DNA of 64,000 nt from an uncultured Verrucomicrobiae bacterium (GTDB lineage Bacteria; Verrucomicrobiota; Verrucomicrobiia; Opitutales; JABDGR01): NCBI GenBank assembly GCA_963765205.1, contig CAVXVB010000008.1:256001-320000 (forward strand), read 5' to 3'. Numbering within the stretch: the first letter of the stretch is position 1; the number at the start of each line of letters is the position of its first letter. Made by a program: the position numbers and the translations under genes. Below the pieces are notes generated by a model. It searched no databases, was not told the DNA's origin, and worked only from the letters and a program-made list of their open reading frames with translations. Positions 20,101 to 27,526 of the stretch are shown in pieces.

Positions 20101-21408
20101 AGCAACGCCATCGTGCCGCGGGCGGCCGAATACCAACGCATCGCCGCCGAAGTGGATGGCGTTTTCAAAAATGATATTGTGGATAAGTTTTTTCCGGCGA
20201 CGGAAGACACCATGGGCGCGGGATTTTTCCAAAGTTTCGGCGCGGACTGGACGCACCGGCCGAACGACACGACGAGAAGCATCGTTTACCAGGCGCGCCA
20301 GACGTGGCTCAGCGCGCAGGCCGCGTTGCATTATCCGGCCCAGGCGGCGGCGTATGTGGAACAATCGCGCCACGGCGTCGCGGAACTGGCGAATTTGCAG
20401 TGGGACCCAACCAACGGGGGATTCTACTGGTCGGTCAACGCGGCCACTGGCCTGCCGGTGGACAACCAAAAGCATACTTACGGCAACGCCTTTGGCATGT
20501 ATGCCGCCGCCGCGAGCTTCTCGCTCACGCATGATCCGGCGGCCCTGGATTTGGCAAAGAGGGAGTTTCAATGGCTCGAAGACCATGCCCGCGACCGGGA
20601 GCAGGGCGGCTACAACGAGGCGCTCGACGTCACGGGCCAGCCGATCGCCAATGCCGGGCGCGGCACCGACGCGCTGGGCCGACCTTACGGACAGAAGTCC
20701 ATGAACACGCACATCCACGCGCTTGAGGCGCTGACGGAACTTTACCAAGTCTGGCCGGACCCGGCCGTCAAAGCGCGCCTGGAGGAGATTTTTGGCCTCA
20801 ACCTGAACAAGATCCATGCCGATCCCGGCTATCTCATTTTGTATTTTAACAACGACTGGACGCCCGCCACCGGCGAGGAGGACTCTTATGGCCACAATCT
20901 GGAAGCCGCGTATCTGCTGACCGACACCTCCAAAATCCTCGGCCGGCCCGACGACGAAAAAGTATGGCGCGCCGCGCGCAACCTGGTGGACCACGCCCTG
21001 CAATTCGGCTGGGACCAGAAAAACGGGGGATTTTTTGAAGAAGGCGCGCTCGACGGCAGCCGCATCACCAAGGCGGGCAAAACGTGGTGGGTGCAGGCCG
21101 AGGGACTTTACGCGCTCCTGCTGATGCACGCGCGCTATGGCCAGGAAACGACCAAGTATTGGGATTATTTTGTGCAGGAATGGAATTTCATCAAGGACCA
21201 CCAGCTCGACCACGCGCACGGCGGTTGGTATGCTTCCGCGCCCAATAACGGCGCAACCAGCAATGCGCCCAAGACGGATCCCTGGACGGAAGGCTACCAC
21301 CAAGGCCGCGCCATGCTCAACGTTTACGCGCTGCTTAACCGGCTGGCCGACCCGCAGTGGCAGCCGCCGGCGCCACCGCCCGTCGAGCCGGCGGCTGCGG
21401 TGCGTTAA
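17125..21408 (+). CDS. Secreted GH2 glycosidase (beta-mannosidase/exo-glucosaminidase-like) fused to an AGE/cellobiose 2-epimerase domain
   Basis: GH2: FDGINY, GWDW.P, IIRNW, VWDEF, IWCGRNE, KTEIG; AGE: KHTYGNAF, SMNTHIH, SYGHNLE, WWVQAE, YHQGR; signal peptide. Confidence 0.9.
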   Translation: MTTSKFVRYLFVPALVFLPLANAFAADGSAAVAGAVLAANGQPVTLSTGWLMQDAAQVKEAGGAISHVGYATPVYVPVDYAPPASASANPPTANVIPLEERTARAGGANRGGANGGTAGRNGRGNSGLNDLEPKAAAMQGASLWVINAEANRPSFSSDWQQAPAPPAKAWYKATVPGTVLTTLVDNKIYPDPLYGENNRPNIIPESLCRTSYWYRNEFTVPASYAGHEVWLNFDGINYVAEVWVNGTKVGKIAGAFMRGNFPITAYVKPGEKAAVAVLIEPPPHPGDPWEKTVANQRGPNGGGVSGQLGRDGPTFVASVGWDWVPGIRDRQMGIWQPVTLSATGPVLVQNPYVVTTLPQLPSTATAEVSIEATLQNTSDTAQTGVFAGRLDDIAFHSETIIIAPHGAQVVKLNPATNPELRLSNPKLWWPNGMGEPNLHPLRLSFAMNGAISDAKEINIGIRQVSYFVDGSNNLTLSVNGVRVYAKGGDWGMDDAMKRIPAERLDTLVRLHKEANLNIIRNWVGQSTSENFFAACDKYGIMVWDEFFEANPNNGRDPDDPGLYLANVRDTVLRYRNHPCIVIWCGRNEGPPSPAAIADGNVKILQELDPPRFYQASSTAGNGVISGGPYGWQLPRSYYGSGLNQAFKTEIGSASIPTLEAIQAWMPEKDWFDQNFPNDDWAEHDLVNGAGNPADSALQNVLRQRYGPYASLAEFVRKAQMADYETYRAMYESHLSKMFAPSTALMTWMSNPAQPCLVWQIYDYSLEPFASYFAVQKACEPVHVMMTQDKFHLMLVNSTAAALNGLAARIQIYNTDGAKKYDQTMAVSAAASAATDWGAIPFPADVSPVHFVKLELRDSAGQLISDNFYWRETKQDDFTALDTMPNVTLEAHLVRHDAGDNVLLDVTLTNPTQQVAVMAHVQLRNQRTNERVLPAFYSENYVSFLPGESKTITLEAAASALGQDEPRVVVDGWNVSVKPAVLAGQGGATISPNSNAIVPRAAEYQRIAAEVDGVFKNDIVDKFFPATEDTMGAGFFQSFGADWTHRPNDTTRSIVYQARQTWLSAQAALHYPAQAAAYVEQSRHGVAELANLQWDPTNGGFYWSVNAATGLPVDNQKHTYGNAFGMYAAAASFSLTHDPAALDLAKREFQWLEDHARDREQGGYNEALDVTGQPIANAGRGTDALGRPYGQKSMNTHIHALEALTELYQVWPDPAVKARLEEIFGLNLNKIHADPGYLILYFNNDWTPATGEEDSYGHNLEAAYLLTDTSKILGRPDDEKVWRAARNLVDHALQFGWDQKNGGFFEEGALDGSRITKAGKTWWVQAEGLYALLLMHARYGQETTKYWDYFVQEWNFIKDHQLDHAHGGWYASAPNNGATSNAPKTDPWTEGYHQGRAMLNVYALLNRLADPQWQPPAPPPVEPAAAVR

Positions 21409-24400
21409 TCACTGGCAGGCTTCGCAGGTTTCGCCGCGGAGACGGGCTTCGAGACTGCAGGAGGCTTTCTCCTCGTCGGAATAGACGCGCGCCGGAATGG
21501 GAGGGATGGTGTTGCCATTGGACTCGACGGCGGCGGCGACGCCGGGGGCTTCGTCCTCGCTGCGGTTGATGTGGCCGCGGGTTTCCTTTTTCACGGCGAC
21601 GGTGGCTTTCTCGATGTTCGAGGCACCGAGGGTGCGCAGGTAATAGGTGGTCTTGAGGCCCTTGCGCCAGGCGGAGCGATACATGTGCGAGAGCGCCTTG
21701 ATCTCGGGCTTGCCGAGGAAGAGGTTGACGGACTGGGACTGGTCAATCCACTTCTGGCGGCGGGCGGCGGCGTCCACCACGAAGGCAAAATCAATGTCGA
21801 AGGCGGTGGCGAACTTGAGCTTGAGGTCGGCGGGGATGCGCTCGATCTTGCCCAGCTCACCGTCGAAGTATTTGAGGCTGTCAATCATTTCGGGGTCCCA
21901 GAGGCCGCGTTGCTTGAGTTCCTTGACGAGGGCGTGATTGAGGACGATGTATTCGCCGCCGAGGTTGCTTTTGACGAAGAGGTTCTTGTAGTAAGGCTCG
22001 ATGCAGGGCGAGGTGCCCATGATGTTCGAGATGGTGGCGGTGGGCGCGATGGCGAGGACGTTGCTGTTCCGCATCCCTTGGCGGCGGATTTTCTGGCGCA
22101 GGGGCGTCCAGTCCAGGCGGCCGCCGCGCGGCACGTCCACGGGGACGCCGCGTTCCTGCTCGAGCAGTTCGAGCGTGTCCTGCGGGAGGATGCCGCGGTC
22201 CCACTTCGAGCCATGGTAGGAAGAATAAGCACCGCGTTCGGCGGCGAGGTCGCTCGAGGCTTCGTAGGCGTAGAAGGCGATGGCCTCCATGAATTCGTCG
22301 TTGAACTCGACGGCTTCAGGCGTGGCGAAGGCGAGGTTCTTGCGGTAAAGGGCGTTGTGCAGGCCCATGACGCCGAGGCCGATGGGCCGGTGGCGCAGGT
22401 TCGAGGTCTCGGCGGCCTTGGTCGGGTAGAAGTTGATGTCAATGACGTTGTCGAGCGCGCGGACGGCGACGCGGATGGTCTCGCGCAGGGCGTGGTGGTC
22501 GAGCGCGCCGTCGGGCTTGAGGTGGGTGTCAAGGACGACGGAGCCGAGGTTGCAGACGGCGGTTTCCTCGAAGGAGGTGTTGAGCGTGATTTCGGTGCAG
22601 AGGTTTGAGGAGTGGATGACGCCGACGTGGTCCTGCGGGCTACGGATATTGCAGGGGTCCTTGAAGGTGATCCAGGGGTGGCCGGTCTCGAAGAGCATTT
22701 TGAGCATGAGTTTCCACAGCTCGATGGCGGGGATGCTTTTGCCGAAGATTTTACCGTCGCGGGCGAGTTGCTCGTAGTGGTGGTAGCGTTCCTCGAAGCG
22801 GCGGCCATACAGCTCGTGCAGGTCGGGCGTTTCGCAGGCGCGGAAGAGCGTCCAGTCCTCGCGCGCTTCCATGCGTTTCATGAACAGGTCGGGGATCCAA
22901 TTGGCCGTGTTCATGTCGTGGGTGCGGCGGCGGTCGTCGCCGGTGTTGCGGCGCAGTTCGAGGAAGTCGAGCACGTCGTTGTGCCAGGTTTCGAGGTAGG
23001 CGCAGCCGGAGCCGCGACGCTTGCCGCCCTGGTTGACGGCGACCAACTGGTCGTTGTGCAGCTTGAGGAAGGGGATGACGCCCTGGCTTTCGCCGTTGGT
23101 GCCCTTGATGTAGCCGCCGGTGCCGCGCACCGCCGTCCACGAGCCGCCGAGGCCGCCGGCCCATTTCGAGAGGAAGGCGTTTTCGGCGATGCCGCGGAGC
23201 ATGATGCTCTCGATATTGTCGTCCACTTTGTAAAGGTAGCAGGAGGAGAGCTGGGAATGCAGGGTGCCGGCGTTGAAGAGCGTGGGCGTCGAGGAGCAGA
23301 AGCGGCGATTTTTGTAGAGGCCGTAGAGGCGGACGACCCAGTCCTCGCGCTCGCGTGGTTCGTTGAGGAAAAGGCCCATGGCGACGCGCATCCAAAAATA
23401 CTGGGGCGTTTCGAGCCGGCGTGCGGGCGTGCAGGTCTTGTCCACGACGAGGTAGCGGTCGTAGAGGGTCTGGATGCCGAGGAAATCGAATTCGAGGTCG
23501 GCCATGGGGTCGAGCGCGTCGGCGAGTTTGGCGAGGTCATATTTGAGGAGCGCGGGGTTGAGGCGCTCGATGCGGGCGGCGTGTTCGAGGTTTTTCTTGA
23601 ACTGGCGGGCGTGGAACTGCTTGAGCGCGCCGAGGCCGTCGCGCAGAATGTCCCACCCGAGGACTTCCTCGTAGATGTAGGAGAGGAGGATGCGGCCGGC
23701 GAACTTGGCGAAGTCGGCGTCGCGCTCAATGAGGGTCTTGGCGTTGAGGATGACGGTTTGCTGGAGGTCCTCGCGGGTCATCTCGGTCGAGAGCGAACGG
23801 CGCAGCTCGACTTCGATTTGCTCGCGCGAGAGGCAGAGGTCGAGGCCGATGCCGGCGAAAGCGATGCGGGCACGCAGTTCCGCGCCGTCCCACATCTCGG
23901 ACTGGCCGCCGGCGCGCTTGATGAAGATGATTTGCTCCTGGCGGGCGTCGGCGCCGCCGGCGGGGGCGGGCTGGCTCTTGCGCGTCATGTCGCGCTCGCG
24001 GCGGTAAAGGATGTAGGAGGTCGCCACTTTGTAGTGGCCGTGGCGCATCAGTTCCTCCTCGACGAGGTCTTGCACATCCTCGATGGAAATGAAGGCCTGG
24101 CCGAGGTCGCGCACGCGGTCGCTGACGGATTCGGAGACGCGCACCGCCGGCTCGCTGTCGAGGTGGAGGGAGAGAAAGGCCTTGCGGACGGCGATCTCGA
24201 CTTTGTTCTGGTCCCAGGGCACAACCTGGCCGTTGCGGCGGATGAGGCGCACATGGACGGGCAGGGCCTCGCCCGCGGCAATGGGGCCGGAGCCGTCGCC
24301 ATTGGCGGCGGCGGCCGAGGCGACGCCCGAGCGTTTGAAGACGAGGCTTTTCGCGACGTCGTGTTGGTTCTGGTGGACGAGCGCCTTTTCGATGATGCGG

Positions 24401-24750
24401 TTGATTTCGTCCTCGGAGAGCACGCGGTCTTTGTTGGCGGCCCAGCGCACGACGATTTCCTCGCCGACTTCCTTGGCGATTTCGGCGACGAGGCGGCGGT
24501 TTTGGTCGGTGAAAATGTCCTGCACCTCGCGCGAGAGCAGCAGGTCGGTCAGCGCGGAGCCGACGGTCTCGGCGATTTCGGCGAGGTCGAAGTGGCGGGC
24601 CACGCCTTCGGCGAGGACCATCACGTCGGGCTGCACGACGGTGGAGTTGACGATGACCTCGCGCCAGTTGAAGCGGGGCTTCTGGTCCTCGGGCGTCAGG
24701 GCAAAGCGTTTGAGGGCGTTGTCTTCTTCGAGCGGAATATGGCGGATCAT
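21409..24750 (-). CDS. nrdA: Class I ribonucleotide reductase alpha subunit with multiple ATP cones
   Basis: STPTLFNAG, LSSCY, SNLCTEI, APTATIS, TTYYLR and C-terminal CEAC. Confidence 0.97.
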   Translation of the reverse strand: MIRHIPLEEDNALKRFALTPEDQKPRFNWREVIVNSTVVQPDVMVLAEGVARHFDLAEIAETVGSALTDLLLSREVQDIFTDQNRRLVAEIAKEVGEEIVVRWAANKDRVLSEDEINRIIEKALVHQNQHDVAKSLVFKRSGVASAAAANGDGSGPIAAGEALPVHVRLIRRNGQVVPWDQNKVEIAVRKAFLSLHLDSEPAVRVSESVSDRVRDLGQAFISIEDVQDLVEEELMRHGHYKVATSYILYRRERDMTRKSQPAPAGGADARQEQIIFIKRAGGQSEMWDGAELRARIAFAGIGLDLCLSREQIEVELRRSLSTEMTREDLQQTVILNAKTLIERDADFAKFAGRILLSYIYEEVLGWDILRDGLGALKQFHARQFKKNLEHAARIERLNPALLKYDLAKLADALDPMADLEFDFLGIQTLYDRYLVVDKTCTPARRLETPQYFWMRVAMGLFLNEPREREDWVVRLYGLYKNRRFCSSTPTLFNAGTLHSQLSSCYLYKVDDNIESIMLRGIAENAFLSKWAGGLGGSWTAVRGTGGYIKGTNGESQGVIPFLKLHNDQLVAVNQGGKRRGSGCAYLETWHNDVLDFLELRRNTGDDRRRTHDMNTANWIPDLFMKRMEAREDWTLFRACETPDLHELYGRRFEERYHHYEQLARDGKIFGKSIPAIELWKLMLKMLFETGHPWITFKDPCNIRSPQDHVGVIHSSNLCTEITLNTSFEETAVCNLGSVVLDTHLKPDGALDHHALRETIRVAVRALDNVIDINFYPTKAAETSNLRHRPIGLGVMGLHNALYRKNLAFATPEAVEFNDEFMEAIAFYAYEASSDLAAERGAYSSYHGSKWDRGILPQDTLELLEQERGVPVDVPRGGRLDWTPLRQKIRRQGMRNSNVLAIAPTATISNIMGTSPCIEPYYKNLFVKSNLGGEYIVLNHALVKELKQRGLWDPEMIDSLKYFDGELGKIERIPADLKLKFATAFDIDFAFVVDAAARRQKWIDQSQSVNLFLGKPEIKALSHMYRSAWRKGLKTTYYLRTLGASNIEKATVAVKKETRGHINRSEDEAPGVAAAVESNGNTIPPIPARVYSDEEKASCSLEARLRGETCEACQ

Positions 24751-24752
24751 GG

Positions 24753-24785
24753 GAATTAGGAATTAAGAGTTAAGAATTAAGAAGT
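24753..24785. repeat. GAATTAA-type heptamer array
   Basis: gaattag gaattaa gagttaa gaattaa gaagt. Confidence 0.7.
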
Positions 24786-25236
24786 CAGAGTTGGGAAAGG
24801 GAAGGGAAGAGCGGGCGAAAGGGGATGGTGGGAGGATGGGCGGGACGGGCGGAGGCGGGAGGATCAAGATGGGGTCGGAAGATGATGACGACGATGAAGG
24901 TGGCGGCGAGGGCGGGGGGCGGCCGCCGAACCAGCGGCGGGCGGTTTCCCGGGCCTGGAATTTGTGGTAAGGTTTGATGGAGAAGGCGACGGCGCCGGCG
25001 GCAATCAGGAAGGCGATAAAGTCGTCCACCTCGCCCAGGGGCGGCAAAAAATCGAGGACAATGCCGAGCGAAAAAACATAGAGCAAAGCGCCGAAGAGAC
25101 AGCGCTTGGCCCAGAGCGGAACCTTGGGGTCCGTGACGACATAATAAAGCACGAGGATTTTCTCGACGGCCCAGCGCACCGGCGCGAGGACGAACCGGAC
25201 GGGCGAACGGAATACTTTGGGGGCCTGGTCTTGCAC
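24763..25236 (-). CDS. YkvA/DUF1232 family membrane protein
   Basis: DPKVP.WAK...GALLY....D.LP.LG.VDD motif; low-complexity tail running into the repeat. Confidence 0.8.
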   Translation of the reverse strand: MQDQAPKVFRSPVRFVLAPVRWAVEKILVLYYVVTDPKVPLWAKRCLFGALLYVFSLGIVLDFLPPLGEVDDFIAFLIAAGAVAFSIKPYHKFQARETARRWFGGRPPPSPPPSSSSSSSDPILILPPPPVPPILPPSPFARSSLPFPNSDFLILNS

Positions 25237-25247
25237 GCAGTCATTGA

Positions 25248-25287
25248 TTCTTAGTTTTCTAGTTTCTTGTTTCTAGTTTTTAGTTCT
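25248..25287. repeat. TTCTAGT-type heptamer-like array, roughly inverted relative to 24753-24785
   Basis: ttcttagttttctagtttcttgtttctagtttttagttct. Confidence 0.6.
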
Positions 25288-25302
25288 GAGGGCCGGGTTG
25301 GT

Positions 25303-26400
25303 TTAGAGTTCGTCGTTGTGGACGTCGCCGAGGGAGCTGGATTTTTGGTATTCGGTGACGCGGCCTTCGAAGAAGTTCTGCTCTTTCTTGATGTCCATCA
25401 TCTCGGCGAGCCAGGGGAGCGGGTTGGTGATGCCGGGGTTGAGGGGGCGCAGGCCCACGCCTTCGAGGCGCCGGTCGGCCACGTAATCTATATATTGCAT
25501 GAACTCGCTCGCAGTTAGGCCGACGCCGCCGACGGGCAGGCAGTCGCGGATAAAATCTTTCTCGATCGCGACGCCTTCGGCCATCAGGTCGGTGAGTTCC
25601 TGGCGGAAGGCGGGCGTCCAGATTTCCTTGTTTTCCTCGACGAGGTCCATGAGGAGGTTGCGGAACAGTTCGATGTGGTTGCTTTCGTCGCGGAGGGTGT
25701 AGCGGAACATCTGGCCGATGCCGGGGAACTTGTTCTGGCGGTAAAGCGAGAGCACCATGCCGAAGAGGCCGTAGAACTGCGTGCCTTCCATGACCTGGCC
25801 GAAGAGGAAGATGTTTTTGGCCAGGGCTTGCTGGACGGCGGGGTCTTTGGTGTCGAGGTCGCCGCGAAGGGCTTTCGAGTTGCTGGTGACGAAGTGGGTC
25901 TTGCGCTTGATGGTCGGGATGTCCTCGAACATGGCCTCGCATTCGTGGGGGTTGATGCCGAGCGAACTGATCATATACACGAGGGAATCGGCGTGGATGT
26001 TTTCCTCATGGGCGTGGCGGCCAAGGACGAGTTTCAGCTCCGGGGCGGTGACGACCTCGCGCACGACGTGGATGATGTTGTCGCCGACAATGCCTTCGGC
26101 GGCGGAAAAGTAGCCGATGGCCATCTTGATAATCCAGCGGTCCACGTCGGTGATGGCTTTCGAGGGGTCGCGCCATTGCTCGCAGTCCTTCTGCATGGGC
26201 ATATCCTCCGGCTCCCAATGGTTGGCCTTCATGTTCTTATACAGTTCGTAGGCCCAAGTGTATTTGAGCGGGAGGATGTTGAAAAACATCGTCGGGCGGC
26301 CGTTGATGACGCGCTTGGCGGCATAGGCTTCCTCGGCTTTGGTGCGGTCGAGAAGGAAAGTTTTCGGGCCGATTTGGTAGGTGACGGTGTCAGCAATCAT
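25303..26400 (-). CDS. nrdB: Ribonucleotide reductase beta subunit, class Ic-like
   Basis: W.PE, FSAAEG, EENIH, MEGTQFY, RDESNH and NFFE.RV.EY. Confidence 0.95.
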   Translation of the reverse strand: MIADTVTYQIGPKTFLLDRTKAEEAYAAKRVINGRPTMFFNILPLKYTWAYELYKNMKANHWEPEDMPMQKDCEQWRDPSKAITDVDRWIIKMAIGYFSAAEGIVGDNIIHVVREVVTAPELKLVLGRHAHEENIHADSLVYMISSLGINPHECEAMFEDIPTIKRKTHFVTSNSKALRGDLDTKDPAVQQALAKNIFLFGQVMEGTQFYGLFGMVLSLYRQNKFPGIGQMFRYTLRDESNHIELFRNLLMDLVEENKEIWTPAFRQELTDLMAEGVAIEKDFIRDCLPVGGVGLTASEFMQYIDYVADRRLEGVGLRPLNPGITNPLPWLAEMMDIKKEQNFFEGRVTEYQKSSSLGDVHNDEL

Positions 26401-26678
26401 GGGCGGGCGGATTCAGATTCCTAACGATGCTGGGTGCGTCGCGCGGGTGGGACGGGCGGCGAATCGTTGGGGAGGAGTTTGGTTCGGTTTGGGTTCGGTT
26501 TGGGTTCTTTTTTTTCGCGTGGCGGGCGAGGAGCGCAGGCAAGGCCCGGTTACGCCCGAGGGCGCGGAAAAAACAGCGCGGAAAATTGCGAGGGGTTCGG
26601 TTGGAGCGGCCGACAAATCCACAATTCTCTGCGTGGAGGATACTAATTGCCCAGTTTTGGCAGATTGTCAAGGCCCAC

Positions 26679-26724
26679 CACTACATTTAGTGTTACATTT
26701 TTTAAATCCCCCCTACAGGTAGGG
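26679..26724. promoter_or_regulatory. Tandem NrdR boxes upstream of nrdBA
   Basis: CACTACATTTAGTG (26679-26692) and CCCTACAGGTAGGG (26711-26724), 32 bp apart; TTGACA on the minus strand at 26666-26671. Confidence 0.7.
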
Positions 26725-26966
26725 GATTCAAGTAGGTGATTTTATGAGGTAAGGTAGTGGTTTTGAAGGGTTTTGGGGTGAATTTGAAGCTTTTTTTTGG
26801 AAATTTTTGAGGCTCCAAGGGCATGGGAGAGCGCGGAGCGACCGAAAGGGTGAAAATTGCCCCAAAATGGCGTTCGCGCAACGAATTGTTGTTCTTTTTT
26901 TGCACAACATTCACACAATCCGGGTTATTCACAAATTTGGGAGGTCGGACGAAGGTTTCCAAGGCA

Positions 26967-27025
26967 ACCACGGATGGCACGGATGATAAGGGCATTTTAT
27001 CCGTGTTATCCGTGCTATCCGTGGT
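26967..27025. repeat. Nonamer-periodic inverted element (CACGGAT / ATCCGTG)
   Basis: accacggatggcacggat ... atccgtgttatccgtgctatccgtggt. Confidence 0.8.
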
Positions 27026-27036
27026 AAAAAGCTCCC

Positions 27037-27405
27037 ATGCGCTTTCCCCAACTGCTGCAACGCGCCGCGCGCGTGGTGGGCCGCACCCAGCGCGCCCTGC
27101 CGGGGCCGTTGCGCGAGCCGGCGGCGGCTTTGCCCGTGATTTACGAGCGCGCCCCCGGGCCAGAATGGGAGGCTGACGGCGTGGATGGGGACACGCTGGG
27201 CCTGTTCACCGGCCCCGCCTACGGCGAAGACCCGGGCCTGGACCCGCTGCCCGCGCGAATCATCCTTTTTCTGGATAATATCTGGGACTACGCCGACGGC
27301 GACGCGGCGGCCTACGATGAAGAAGTCCGCACGACCTACCTCCACGAGCTTGGGCACTACCTGCGCCTGGACGAAGGGGATTTGGAGCGGCGGGGGCTGG
27401 GGTGA
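27037..27405 (+). CDS. Minimal zincin metallopeptidase (DUF1025-like)
   Basis: LGLF.G, RIILF, HELGHY (HExxH). Confidence 0.85.
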   Translation: MRFPQLLQRAARVVGRTQRALPGPLREPAAALPVIYERAPGPEWEADGVDGDTLGLFTGPAYGEDPGLDPLPARIILFLDNIWDYADGDAAAYDEEVRTTYLHELGHYLRLDEGDLERRGLG

Positions 27406-27526
27406 GCCTCGCGGATAAAACGCCGACAGATTGGTTGGTGCGCAGGCTTGCGATGCGGGAAAATTTGGGCAGAATCGGTGATGGGTTCAATTTTTAGAAC
27501 CGGCCCCCACCCTCCTTTTTCCCGCC

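Noticed and set aside
18535..21303. 922-aa antisense ORF, and similar long shadow ORFs (22612-24759, 47178-48665, 61978-63552)
   Set aside because: They lie opposite clear genes and are expected from GC3 bias; no motifs
26401..26660. Cobalamin riboswitch in the nrdB leader
   Set aside because: No B12-box or GCCACTG-type core visible on the minus strand; an Rfam scan would settle it
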